In this document: piece after piece, positions 1-8,593 of the stretch
Layout of the letters: each line of letters begins with the position of its first letter
Numbering within the stretch: the stretch's first letter is position 1
DNA from: an uncultured Pseudomonadales bacterium
GTDB lineage: Bacteria > Pseudomonadota > Gammaproteobacteria > Pseudomonadales > Azotimanducaceae
Reading direction: 5' to 3'
Assembly (NCBI GenBank): GCA_938017975.1
Contig: CALIKQ010000005.1
Coordinates: 29,429 to 93,428, forward strand
Length of the DNA stretch: 64,000 nt
Notes under the pieces: generated by a model
Databases searched by the model: none
What the model was told of the DNA's origin: nothing
The model's input: the letters and a program-made list of their open reading frames with translations, nothing else
Position numbers and translations under genes: made by a program

Positions 1-1
1 G

Positions 2-601
2 CTGTCGAGCTATGAGATGGAGCGCGTCGATTTCAGCGCACAGTCCATCACTGTGAATCAGGCGGTCAAAACTGAAGGCACAGAGTTTGAGTTGCGTTGG
101 GTTGTCAACGATAACTTCCTCATGACCTTGGGATACAGCAATGTGGAAGCATTGATGCTTGCGACCATCGCTGCAGGCAGTGAATTCTCTTTCTTGGGTG
201 CTGAAGATCTTCCGCTGATTGATCCGGCGCTGTTATGGGGTGGCCAAGTTGGGGGGTTGATTTCAGTGGGACCGAGCAAAGGTGTTCGAGCAGGTATGCC
301 AGAGACGATTATGTCAGTAACCGGTACTTACGACTTTGGAAATGGGATGGCTATGAGTGCCAGCGTTGTCGATGTTGACTCGGTTGCATCAGGACAGTCG
401 TTTGCTGTGACATTGCCGGCCTATACGCTAGTGAATCTGAGCGTGAGCTATGAAGCCGAAGATTGGGGCCTCATTGTTGCCGCAAAGAACGTCACCGATG
501 AGCGGTATTTCAGAGCGAATTTCCCAGACTTGTTTGGAACAACAGTTGTTTTGCCTGAGTTACCACGGCATTACCAAGCGAAGCTGACCTATCGGTTTTG
601 A
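2..601 (+). CDS. TonB-dependent receptor, C-terminal fragment (5' end lies outside the window)
   Basis: The frame is open from the window edge. The translation has beta-barrel-like alternating hydrophobic repeats and ends in ...AKLTYRF with a terminal aromatic residue typical of TBDR/OMP barrels. A strong terminator follows. Confidence 0.75.
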   Translation: MSSYEMERVDFSAQSITVNQAVKTEGTEFELRWVVNDNFLMTLGYSNVEALMLATIAAGSEFSFLGAEDLPLIDPALLWGGQVGGLISVGPSKGVRAGMPETIMSVTGTYDFGNGMAMSASVVDVDSVASGQSFAVTLPAYTLVNLSVSYEAEDWGLIVAAKNVTDERYFRANFPDLFGTTVVLPELPRHYQAKLTYRF

Positions 602-615
602 TGGTCTAAGGTCGC

Positions 616-650
616 AAAAAGAAAAAGGGCGCGGTGCGCCCTTTTTTTTG
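616..650 (+). terminator. Rho-independent terminator
   Basis: GC stem GGGCGC-GGTG-CGCCC (627..641) is followed by T8 (642..649) and preceded by an A-rich tract. It lies 15 nt after the TBDR stop codon. Confidence 0.85.
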
Positions 651-1029
651 TCCAAAGATTACCGGCTCTGGGATTGTCCGCTAAGTGGTTCCGCATTTAA
701 GGTACGTATAATGTTAGGAGCAGCGACACAAAATATGGGCAACATTGGCGCATTGAAATTCGATGAACAGAGCTTTAGGTTGAGGATGATTGGCCTCTCT
801 CCGTGACCAGACCTATTTGCATCGCTGATTGGAGGCAGTTGATAGGGACTGTTTGTCAAAGCGGTTGATTGAAATTAACAAAGCATTTCATGAGATTTGT
901 TTGATCGTGCTTTTCGATTGCATTCGTTGATAGAAGCAGACGTTGATGAATGTTCAAACCAGTAAACCATATGGCCATGTAAGTATCATAATAAAACCAA
1001 ACGACAGAGGGGCTATAGTGAGGATAAAG

Positions 1030-2112
1030 ATGTTTAAACGGTGTTGGCAGGTCGCGTTTACATTTGCGGCCCTTGTGTATGCAGGATCAGTGTACGCCGA
1101 ACCGCTTCCAGTGAAAGTGGTTGTTGTCACGATGTTTGAAGTTGGGGAGGACCAGGGTGATCGAGCTGGTGAATTTCAGCTTTGGAAGGAGCGCCGTAAC
1201 CTCACCGAGATTTACCCTTTTCTAGGTTACCGAGATCTTCACTACGATCCTAAAACCGGACTTCTTGTCCTGGTCACCGGCATCGGTACCGCACGCTCCT
1301 CAGCCGCGGTGATGGCGCTGGGGATGGATCCGAGATTCGATCTCACGAGGAGCTATTGGGTTGTGGCGGGAATCGCAGGGTTTGATCCGGAGGATGCCTC
1401 AATTGGTTCGGCAGCCTGGGCTGAGTATCTTGTCGATGGCGACCTCTCCCATGAAATTGATGCGAGAGAAATTCCCAAGGATTGGCCGTTTGGTTACTTT
1501 GCACGCTATACCCAGCGTCCGTTTGATGCCCAAAAGCCCTCGCCAACAGGAGAGATGTACCAACTCAATGAGGCTTTGGTGGATTGGGCGTTTGATCAGA
1601 CTAAAGATCTTGTGCTGTCCGATGATGATCCTTATGCCAAGGCGCATCGTGCGCTGTACACAGAGCATGCGATGGCCCAAAAGCCTCCTTTTGTGCTCAA
1701 GGGTGACCATATTGCAGCGCTGACGTTTTGGCATGGCAAGCTTTTGAATGACTGGGCCAATCAATGGGTTGCTTATTGGACGGAGAATCAAGGGGAGTTT
1801 GTGTCCTCGGCGATGGAAGACACCGGAACTTATTTGTCTCTGAGCTGGCTCGACCGTATCGGTCGTGTGGATGTGAGCCGACTCTTGGTGTTGCGAACAG
1901 CCAGTAACTACACAATGCCGCCGCCGGGCGTCTCCGCCGCAGAGAACCTGCTTGCGGAGAATAAGGGCTACTCCGGACTTCACTTGGCCGTAGAATCTGC
2001 TTATCTAGTGGCCTCAACCGTCGTTGATGCGTTGATTGAAGGCTGGGAAATCTACGAAGATAGAAAACCTGGCGAGCCAGTCATAGAGGGCATTCATGAA
2101 AGCATTGATTGA
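1030..2112 (+). CDS. Purine nucleoside permease (NUP family), secreted/periplasmic
   Basis: I chose the internal ATG at 1030, which is preceded by GAGGA. The N-terminal signal peptide is MFKRCWQVAFTFAALVYAGSVYA. The remainder resembles NUP-family proteins as I recall them (VVVVTMFE..GE..W, VTGIG, WVVAGIAG). It overlaps the deaminase gene by 17 nt. Confidence 0.6.
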   Translation: MFKRCWQVAFTFAALVYAGSVYAEPLPVKVVVVTMFEVGEDQGDRAGEFQLWKERRNLTEIYPFLGYRDLHYDPKTGLLVLVTGIGTARSSAAVMALGMDPRFDLTRSYWVVAGIAGFDPEDASIGSAAWAEYLVDGDLSHEIDAREIPKDWPFGYFARYTQRPFDAQKPSPTGEMYQLNEALVDWAFDQTKDLVLSDDDPYAKAHRALYTEHAMAQKPPFVLKGDHIAALTFWHGKLLNDWANQWVAYWTENQGEFVSSAMEDTGTYLSLSWLDRIGRVDVSRLLVLRTASNYTMPPPGVSAAENLLAENKGYSGLHLAVESAYLVASTVVDALIEGWEIYEDRKPGEPVIEGIHESID

Positions 2113-3082
2113 ACAACTCCCTAAAGTTGAGCTGCATGTTCATATTGAGGGCACCTTAGCACCTGAGCGAATGTTGATGCTGGCTGATCAAAATGAGGTT
2201 CGCTTGCCGTACGAAAACCTCAAAGCGGTACAAGAAGCTTACAATTTCGACAGCCTCCAGAGTTTCCTCGATCTGTATTATCTTGGCGCCAGCGTGCTGA
2301 TTACAGAGTTAGATTTTTATCATCTGATGCGGGACTATTTGAACGACGCAATTGAGCAAAATATTGTTCATTGTGAGGTGATGTTTGATCCTCAAACCCA
2401 CCTCGCTCGAGGTATTGGCTTTGATGTATTCATGCCAGGTTTTATCCGCGCCATGCGAGAAGTTTATGATGAATCTGGATTAACGGTTCAGCTGATTCTC
2501 TGCTTTTTGAGAGATTTGCCTGAGGCGGATGCGTTGAAGACGCTTGATTTGGCGTTGCCCTACCTATCTGATGTGACGGGGGTTGGACTCGACAGCGCAG
2601 AGGTGGGGCATCCTCCGCTGAAGTTTGAGCGGGCGTTTCTAGCGGCTCGCAAGCTTGGATTGAGGCCGGTTGCGCATGCAGGGGAGGAAGGCTCCTCCGA
2701 TATGATCGCGCAGGCGCTGGATGTGCTGCGAGTTGAGCGTATTGATCATGGCGTTGCCTGTGTTGAGGATGAGGCGTTGAGACGTCGTTTGATCGATGAG
2801 CGTATACCGCTGACGATGTGCCCCTTGTCGAATATAAAACTCTGTGTATTTGAGCAGATGGCGCAGCACCCGATTCTTGATCTGTTGGATCAAGGACTCT
2901 GCGTTACCGTCAATTCCGATGACCCTGCCTACTTTGGCGGTAATTTGGTGCAGAACTTTCTAGCGTTGTATGAGACCTTTGATGTCTCAGAACGTCAGCT
3001 GAGGCAGCTCGTGGTTAATTCCGTCAATGGCGCCTTCTTGGCCAATGAGCGTAAGCAGGCGCTACTCGATCAGTTGCTTTGA
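2096..3082 (+). CDS. add: Adenosine/adenine deaminase (amidohydrolase; closest in my memory to the Pseudomonas PA0148-type adenine deaminase subfamily)
   Basis: Metal-binding signature LPKVELHVHIEGTL is present, along with AHAGEEG, RIDHGV and VTVNSDDPAYFGG motifs. Length is 328 aa. Confidence 0.85.
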   Translation: MKALIEQLPKVELHVHIEGTLAPERMLMLADQNEVRLPYENLKAVQEAYNFDSLQSFLDLYYLGASVLITELDFYHLMRDYLNDAIEQNIVHCEVMFDPQTHLARGIGFDVFMPGFIRAMREVYDESGLTVQLILCFLRDLPEADALKTLDLALPYLSDVTGVGLDSAEVGHPPLKFERAFLAARKLGLRPVAHAGEEGSSDMIAQALDVLRVERIDHGVACVEDEALRRRLIDERIPLTMCPLSNIKLCVFEQMAQHPILDLLDQGLCVTVNSDDPAYFGGNLVQNFLALYETFDVSERQLRQLVVNSVNGAFLANERKQALLDQLL

Positions 3083-3178
3083 AAAACTGGTTGTACTGAC
3101 AGAGGCCTAGTGCGCGTCATTGTTTGGCGGTGTGGGGTTTTAACGCCTGATCAGTTGCACAAAACTCGGACAAAATTA

Positions 3179-4249
3179 TTAGAGATAATGGCCAAAGGCT
3201 TTGAGCCCATGAATACCGCCATTGGGGTAGTGCATAAAAAGCAGGTGGGCAATTGGCCCTAGATAATCAAGCTCGGTGAAAGTGTGGTAGGTATCAGGCC
3301 GCAGAGCTTTAAAGGGGAGCAGGGGCTTCCAGATTGGACTTCCAGCTTGCAACCGGATCACAAGCGCCTTTGATTGCTCATGATGATCAGTCCCTTCGCG
3401 ATGTAATTGCATGTATTTCTGAAAGTTATCGGGCACTAGGGTCTCGCCATCAGGCTTTGTAACCGCCCATCTGGGTGGCGTCGACATGGCTCGTTCTAAA
3501 TTTGCTTCGGGTGGCAATGCAAAAACATGGCATGACAGGGGAGCATTGAGTCGGTGTAGATACGTGTCCACTACAAATGCTCGTAGAGCAACCGGGCTCT
3601 TAAAACTGAAAACGGCTTGCTCGCCAAAGCCTGTCCTGGCTGATTCCCAGCCTTTCATATAATCAACCTCTCGGTTGCCCCAAATGGCGTCTTTGGGGTG
3701 GCCGTAGTGATCATTTGAAACCGAAGATATCTCCGCTTCCTCTAAAAGATTTTTTGAGTTGCTGTCATCCCCTTGCGGCAGGGGCTCACCAAAAAGTCTG
3801 ACATTAGCGATACCGCCCTCTTGATGACACAGGACAAGACAGGTATCGCTGACGGTCGGAGGAATATCAAAGCTGTGATCTTGATTAGGTTTGAGGGTTT
3901 GTCGCTCGATCACGTTGTTTTGCATATCCCCTTGTCCCAACACAATGGAGACCGCCGGTACCTGATTACCGGTGAACCAAGCGGTACTTACAGTAACCCG
4001 GCTAACCCGGCTGGTTTGGCTGAGGCCGATTTTAAAGAAGTGGTGAGCACTCGGATCAAAGACGAATCCCTGGCCATCTTCCAGAATTGCCGTTCCCATA
4101 TGTCTTGAGGTTTCGAAGCCCCAGTATTGAGCGCCCATATGGGTGAACCTTCCTGCTCGATCTTCTGGTTCAGAATGTCTGACGACTTCGTGGGGGTTGG
4201 TGAACGAGGAGTCGCTGTATTCCAGGAGCTGGCAATCCAAGGCTTTCAT
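3179..4249 (-). CDS. Allantoicase-like protein (divergent, two-repeat architecture)
   Basis: Two repeats each contain allantoicase-like blocks. These are GFETSRH / KGWESAR (compare DGWESRR / DGWETARR), WFTGNQVPAVSI / DTYLHRLNAPLSCHV (compare FFTGNFPPSASL / DTLHFKGNYPDTCSI) and EGGIANVRLFG / PNGGIHGLKAFG (compare PDGGVARLRVYG). It overlaps allA by 4 nt. Confidence 0.55.
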   Translation of the reverse strand: MKALDCQLLEYSDSSFTNPHEVVRHSEPEDRAGRFTHMGAQYWGFETSRHMGTAILEDGQGFVFDPSAHHFFKIGLSQTSRVSRVTVSTAWFTGNQVPAVSIVLGQGDMQNNVIERQTLKPNQDHSFDIPPTVSDTCLVLCHQEGGIANVRLFGEPLPQGDDSNSKNLLEEAEISSVSNDHYGHPKDAIWGNREVDYMKGWESARTGFGEQAVFSFKSPVALRAFVVDTYLHRLNAPLSCHVFALPPEANLERAMSTPPRWAVTKPDGETLVPDNFQKYMQLHREGTDHHEQSKALVIRLQAGSPIWKPLLPFKALRPDTYHTFTELDYLGPIAHLLFMHYPNGGIHGLKAFGHYL

Positions 4250-4740
4250 AAATTGATTTCGATGGGTTGTATCAGGCTTTGCTCGTCACAATTTTCGGTA
4301 CTGCCATCGGCGTCGATGACCAAAAAATCTGCCGCGGCATTCAAGGCAAGGTTGCGATGATGCCAAACACCAGGATGATAGTTAACCCCCTGGAATGGGC
4401 TAGCCACAAAAGCCTGGATTGCTTCTTCTTTTAACGGTCCCTTTGGAGCAACAATGACCAAATAAGAAGCTTCGCCGAGGGGAATAAAAGCCTGGCTGGT
4501 GAGCGGATGGCGCTCGAGTTCGGTCACAGTTCCAGGTACCGCCCAAGCTTCTGTTTGAAAGATACTCAGACAGGGTTCTAGTCCTGGGCCGTTGAGGGTC
4601 AGGGCAGCAAGATTGTTGAATCTTGCAGTTTGCCCTCGATTAATCGATCGAATATCTCGGCATGCCTCTTTAGAAATGACTTCTCCAAAAGGTTTGAAAC
4701 TATCGTTTGTAAGCGCCACTGCTTTGATCGAACGAGGCAT
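4246..4740 (-). CDS. allA: Ureidoglycolate lyase (ureidoglycolate hydrolase family)
   Basis: The 164-aa product from the internal ATG at 4740 (MPRSIKAVALTNDSFKPFGEVI...) matches AllA-family length and motifs (FKPFG, ERHPLTSQAFIPL, NYHPGVWHH). The 89 upstream codons of the tracked ORF have no family similarity. Confidence 0.75.
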   Translation of the reverse strand: MPRSIKAVALTNDSFKPFGEVISKEACRDIRSINRGQTARFNNLAALTLNGPGLEPCLSIFQTEAWAVPGTVTELERHPLTSQAFIPLGEASYLVIVAPKGPLKEEAIQAFVASPFQGVNYHPGVWHHRNLALNAAADFLVIDADGSTENCDEQSLIQPIEINL

Positions 4741-5069
4741 TCTTATCACGCTCTCTGTTTGGGTCTGCAACCTTTGGAACTCGACAGCATTGCGATCATC
4801 ATTATCGAGGCACCACTGGCGAATGAGAATACCATAAGCTGTCGTTGGAATGGCTTGCACCTTTGAGCAAAAATCAAAGATGCGACTCAAAGCAATTCCC
4901 AGAAATCGACCACAGACTGCCTGGTGTCGAAAGCGCGGGTATGCGGACCTGACGATAATCGCCGTGAAGGCTTGCTCATTTGAGGATGAAGTAACGCTCA
5001 GCAGCACACGAGCAGCGCGGTCCCGCTGAGCAGCGCGTCGGTCAAGTTTGTTGTTGGACTTGGTAGACC

Positions 5070-5450
5070 TTAATGAGAATGCCTGTCGTCGTGATCATGG
5101 CTGTCATCTTGGCCGTGATCGTGGCCGTGAGGCCGATCCGAAAAAGCTTGGCTACGCGCCTGAATGTCACTCTGAGCCAGGATCGACTTATCGTTGAGCA
5201 AGCGGGTCAGGCTCTCTAAAAACAGATCAAAATAGGGATAATCTAGGGACTCAACTGAGTGTTGCTGCTCCCAATGCCTGATGTCTTCAATGAGATAAGC
5301 TCGAAACTCATCCCAATGGTAGTGCCCTGATTGACATAGCGCTTGAGCCATACCAAAAACGCGGCTCTGCCAGGGCGCGTCAAAGATGATCTCCCCGTTG
5401 GCGATGGGGGGCGCAGCGCTGCCCTCAAGTTTGAACAATGTCTCGCTCAT
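5070..5450 (-). CDS. Nitrile hydratase accessory protein (beta-subunit homolog / activator) with His/Asp-rich C-terminal tail
   Basis: It overlaps the alpha subunit by 4 nt. The N-terminus ...FDAPWQSRVFGMAQAL... resembles the NHase beta N-terminal region. The C-terminus is HGHDHGQDDSHDHDDRHSH. Confidence 0.7.
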   Translation of the reverse strand: MSETLFKLEGSAAPPIANGEIIFDAPWQSRVFGMAQALCQSGHYHWDEFRAYLIEDIRHWEQQHSVESLDYPYFDLFLESLTRLLNDKSILAQSDIQARSQAFSDRPHGHDHGQDDSHDHDDRHSH

Positions 5451-6031
5451 GGCAGGTTGACCTGGGCCACCCCGATCATGGCATCGCGGGTCACCAGTTT
5501 GGCGAGCTGGGATTCAGACAGTGTTTCAGTGCCTTTTGGCCTTTGTGGCAAGACTAGATATCGAATTTCAGCGCTCGAATCCCACACATTAATGTGGGTT
5601 GATTCAGAGAGACTTAGCCCCATTTCGCTCAGCACCTTGCGCGGTTCGGCAACGATGCGGGATCGGTAGGCCGGGTCTTTGTACCAGCTTGGTGGAAGCC
5701 CAAGGACAGCCCAAGGGTAGCAAGAGCATAGGGTACAAACGACCACGTGATGCTGGAAAGGGTCGCACTCTTTGACGACAAGCTTCTCCACTTGGCCGCC
5801 CTCGAACTGATATTCCTCGACCACCGCCGTCGCATCAACCAGTAATCGGGCTTTAAAATCAGGATCTGTCCAAGCTCGGGCAACAAGCTTGGCACCATTC
5901 ATGGGGCCGACCCGCTCTGTGTAGGTTGTAATAACGGCATCGACAGCATTTGCCGAAAGCAGCGCTTTTTCAATCAGCAGAGACTCGATCGCTTCGGTCC
6001 GAATACTCTGTGGTGAGGTGTCGTCGGTCAT
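5447..6031 (-). CDS. nthA: Nitrile hydratase alpha subunit, cobalt type
   Basis: Metal-binding motif V-C-T-L-C-S-C-Y-P-W is encoded at 5720..5737. The Thr in CTLCSC is the Co-type signature; the Fe type has CSLCSC. Length is 194 aa. Confidence 0.85.
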   Translation of the reverse strand: MTDDTSPQSIRTEAIESLLIEKALLSANAVDAVITTYTERVGPMNGAKLVARAWTDPDFKARLLVDATAVVEEYQFEGGQVEKLVVKECDPFQHHVVVCTLCSCYPWAVLGLPPSWYKDPAYRSRIVAEPRKVLSEMGLSLSESTHINVWDSSAEIRYLVLPQRPKGTETLSESQLAKLVTRDAMIGVAQVNLP

Positions 6032-6283
6032 GAGGATGGCTCAATAGTGGATGCTAGCGTTTAAGGAGATCGAATTGAGGCTTTGGTACAAAGCTAGGAT
6101 AGCACTGGCAACAGGTTGGATGTAAAGAAATTGAACGGCGGTAGGATGTTGGGAGCGTGATCGCTGGCGCTATTTTAATTTTGCAGTCGTTTGTAGTCAG
6201 TGCAGTGTTGATTTGAAACACTGGCTTTTTTGGAAGGTCGCAATGTTCAAGGGCAGGGTTGCTTATTTCTCGATGGTTCGTGT

Positions 6284-6841
6284 TTAGTCGCTCGATGTGA
6301 GGACGGCCGTCCCACTGACAGAAACACTGAGCTTTGATGTGCCGACACCAGTTATTTCAAAACGCACGCCGACGACCGCATCAGAACAAAGGGCCTGAGC
6401 TTTGAGCTTCATCATTAGGATGACTTCAGCCTTCATGGTTTTAATGCGCTTGGAAAGCGCCACATCTTGGCTGACGACTTTTGCACGAGCACCTTGCGTA
6501 GACCCAGCGGAATTTAGATTGTAGACGCTGGTACTATCGACAATCCCCAAAGAACATTCGGTCTTTCGCCCAGGTACATAATCTGTGGTAGCTAAGGCGA
6601 TTTTGTCAGTCGCCTCTATTTCTTGCTGGCTCAGCGCTGCGCCAGAGATTTTAAGGTGTCTTTGAGATTGTTGATCAACGGCAGTGGTATCGATCTTGAG
6701 CCGCCCATCGGTCAGCAATGAGGTCTCTACTACGGAGTCACGACACAAGACGGAGCAGTATTCGATTAATTCTCCGTCGACATGTCCTGTCTCGCGGCCG
6801 ACTAAAGGGAGAACAGCATTACAAATTGCACAGATTGCCAT
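6284..6841 (-). CDS. YbjQ/UPF0145-family domain protein with N-terminal Cys-rich (zinc-ribbon-like) segment
   Basis: The C-terminal block ALCSDAVVGVRFEITGVGTSKLSVSVSGTAV parallels E. coli YbjQ ALGADAVVGIDIDYETVG..MLMVSVSGTAV. The N-terminus has CAIC...CSVLC. Confidence 0.55.
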   Translation of the reverse strand: MAICAICNAVLPLVGRETGHVDGELIEYCSVLCRDSVVETSLLTDGRLKIDTTAVDQQSQRHLKISGAALSQQEIEATDKIALATTDYVPGRKTECSLGIVDSTSVYNLNSAGSTQGARAKVVSQDVALSKRIKTMKAEVILMMKLKAQALCSDAVVGVRFEITGVGTSKLSVSVSGTAVLTSSD

Positions 6842-7022
6842 AGGATTAAGTTATGAGCGTGTCTCATTGATCCAAATGTGGACGAAAAGAATGCTACTAC
6901 TTTTGGATGAACTTAAGAGCGCAGCTTTTTTTAAATACACGCGCTTTTGCGCGGTGATGAACTATTGGATCGCCTAGCATTGAGAAAGATGTAAGGTCGC
7001 ATTGCCCACAAGGTAAAAGGAT

Positions 7023-7523
7023 ATGGAGCCGAACTTTGAAGCGTTGAGCTTAATCGCCGAGGTTGCTTTAGGGATTGTTGGGTTCTCTGCCGTTTTAATA
7101 GGCTTGAGTAGGTCTGCTGAGGGGTTCGATGAGCCGGATAAGTTTCGTATTCAGTTATTGAGTTATTCAGGTTTCGGTGCTTTGTTTGCCGCGCTTTTGC
7201 CTTTTGCAGTTTTTGATCTTGGGGACAAGAATTGTGCATGGCAGGTCGTTAGCTGGAGTTTGGCAAGCTACGCCTTTATTGGGATTTCCGTGTTTCCTCG
7301 GAGGATGTTGCGGTTGAGGATGAGCGGTCACGCTGCTTTGTTTCCGCTTCATATTTTTGCTTTCCAAACTGGAATTTTTACGCTTGTTTTTATTCTTTCT
7401 TTTTTAATGTCTGCGGGTTGGATCGAGTCACTGGCGACTTGCTACACCGTATGTCTGCTTTTGTTTTTAGTGCAAAGCTCGGTAGCTTTTTTTAGAACAA
7501 TGTTTATTAGATCGATCAATTAA
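7023..7523 (+). CDS. Hypothetical integral membrane protein (4-5 predicted TM helices)
   Basis: Hydrophobic stretches are spaced about 20 aa apart. The composition is AT-rich and Phe/Leu-rich. It is the only plus-strand gene in the 3.2-10.2 kb interval. I recognise no family. Confidence 0.4.
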   Translation: MEPNFEALSLIAEVALGIVGFSAVLIGLSRSAEGFDEPDKFRIQLLSYSGFGALFAALLPFAVFDLGDKNCAWQVVSWSLASYAFIGISVFPRRMLRLRMSGHAALFPLHIFAFQTGIFTLVFILSFLMSAGWIESLATCYTVCLLLFLVQSSVAFFRTMFIRSIN

Positions 7524-7710
7524 CCAGCAAGTCGAACTTCGTTGGACGAAAGCTATGGCTTGAGCTTAGGTGCGAGATGCGGTTTGTGATCGCTTGCCTA
7601 TTGAGTGGGTGCCAAGCTTGGAAGACCGTCTTCCGTTGGTGGTTGAAAGTTTGCTGACTGGACCAAAGGCTGCATGCTTCAAAATATCATGCTTTTGTGA
7701 ACCTTGATGG

Positions 7711-8376
7711 CTAGGCTGTTGGTTCGCTTAAGGTCAGGTAGGGTTCGAATAGATCAAGATTGAGAAGGAAGCGCTCTTCGAAGCCAAGATCCGCGCTGTC
7801 GAAAGAGACCGTGTAGAGGAATTGCTGTGGACATTCAATCGCATGTGCCGAGGCATCCGGATAAATCCATGTGCCGTGACAGGCTGTGATCAAACCTGGT
7901 TTACCTCTGGCATAGCTAGGTAACCGAGTATGCCCTTTGGGGCTCAATTCAGACGAACGAACTTGGTCGTTAAGCGCGTACAACGGTGCCTTTGGCGCCG
8001 AAGCAGTGCATGGAATACCGCCATCATTTGGAGCAGCAGCTTGTGGTCGTGCGGCAATTAGGTCCCCGGGGCGCTCTCCTAAAATGCGTGCCCTGGCGGT
8101 AATAGTCTCAGTTGACAAAATTCCCGCTTCTACCAGAAGCGTTTCAAGACCGCCCAGCCAACGGCCGTAGTAGCCGTGTTTTAGGTAGGCTTCAGGATCA
8201 ATTCTCTCTACGGCATGTCGAAATTGATCGACACTTTGATAGGCCCCTGCACGCGCTGCGGCGTTGACCAGGGTGAAGACCTTGGCCTCCCATCGCGCTT
8301 TAAAGACAGGCTCTCCCTCATTATGGTCAACCCTCCCGAAACCAGGTTGTCCTCCTAAATCGTGGATGCCATCCAT
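7711..8376 (-). CDS. nthB: Nitrile hydratase beta subunit
   Basis: It has the canonical N-terminus MDGIHDLGG followed by FKARWEAKVF. Length is 221 aa. GGAGGG lies 5 nt upstream of the ATG. Confidence 0.85.
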   Translation of the reverse strand: MDGIHDLGGQPGFGRVDHNEGEPVFKARWEAKVFTLVNAAARAGAYQSVDQFRHAVERIDPEAYLKHGYYGRWLGGLETLLVEAGILSTETITARARILGERPGDLIAARPQAAAPNDGGIPCTASAPKAPLYALNDQVRSSELSPKGHTRLPSYARGKPGLITACHGTWIYPDASAHAIECPQQFLYTVSFDSADLGFEERFLLNLDLFEPYLTLSEPTA

Positions 8377-8593
8377 GGTTTCCCTCCAAAAGTGTGGGTG
8401 CGACTAAGTGATGTCATGATGCGGTTATTCGGACAGCGTCGCAACTCGGTAAAATCGTTGGCTCTCAGAGGATTGCAAACAAGACGATCATATTCGGGAC
8501 AGGGATCAATCGACAGAATGACGGCTGCGACTCGGGGCGGCCCGATATAGGCCCCGTATCTGGGGCACCGGCCCGTGAGTCTTCAAACTGTAT

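Noticed and set aside
602-1029. Possible purine riboswitch or small ORF (659..859) in the 430-bp leader upstream of the nucleoside permease / deaminase genes
   Set aside because: I could not find the conserved purine-riboswitch junction or loop sequences or a convincing three-way junction by eye. The 66-aa minus-strand ORF has no SD and an unremarkable composition. A covariance-model scan would be needed to be sure.
4741-5007. N-terminal 89-codon extension of the allA ORF in the track (253 aa)
   Set aside because: AllA-family proteins are about 160-170 aa. The extension has no family similarity and an odd composition, and homology begins at the internal ATG at 4740.
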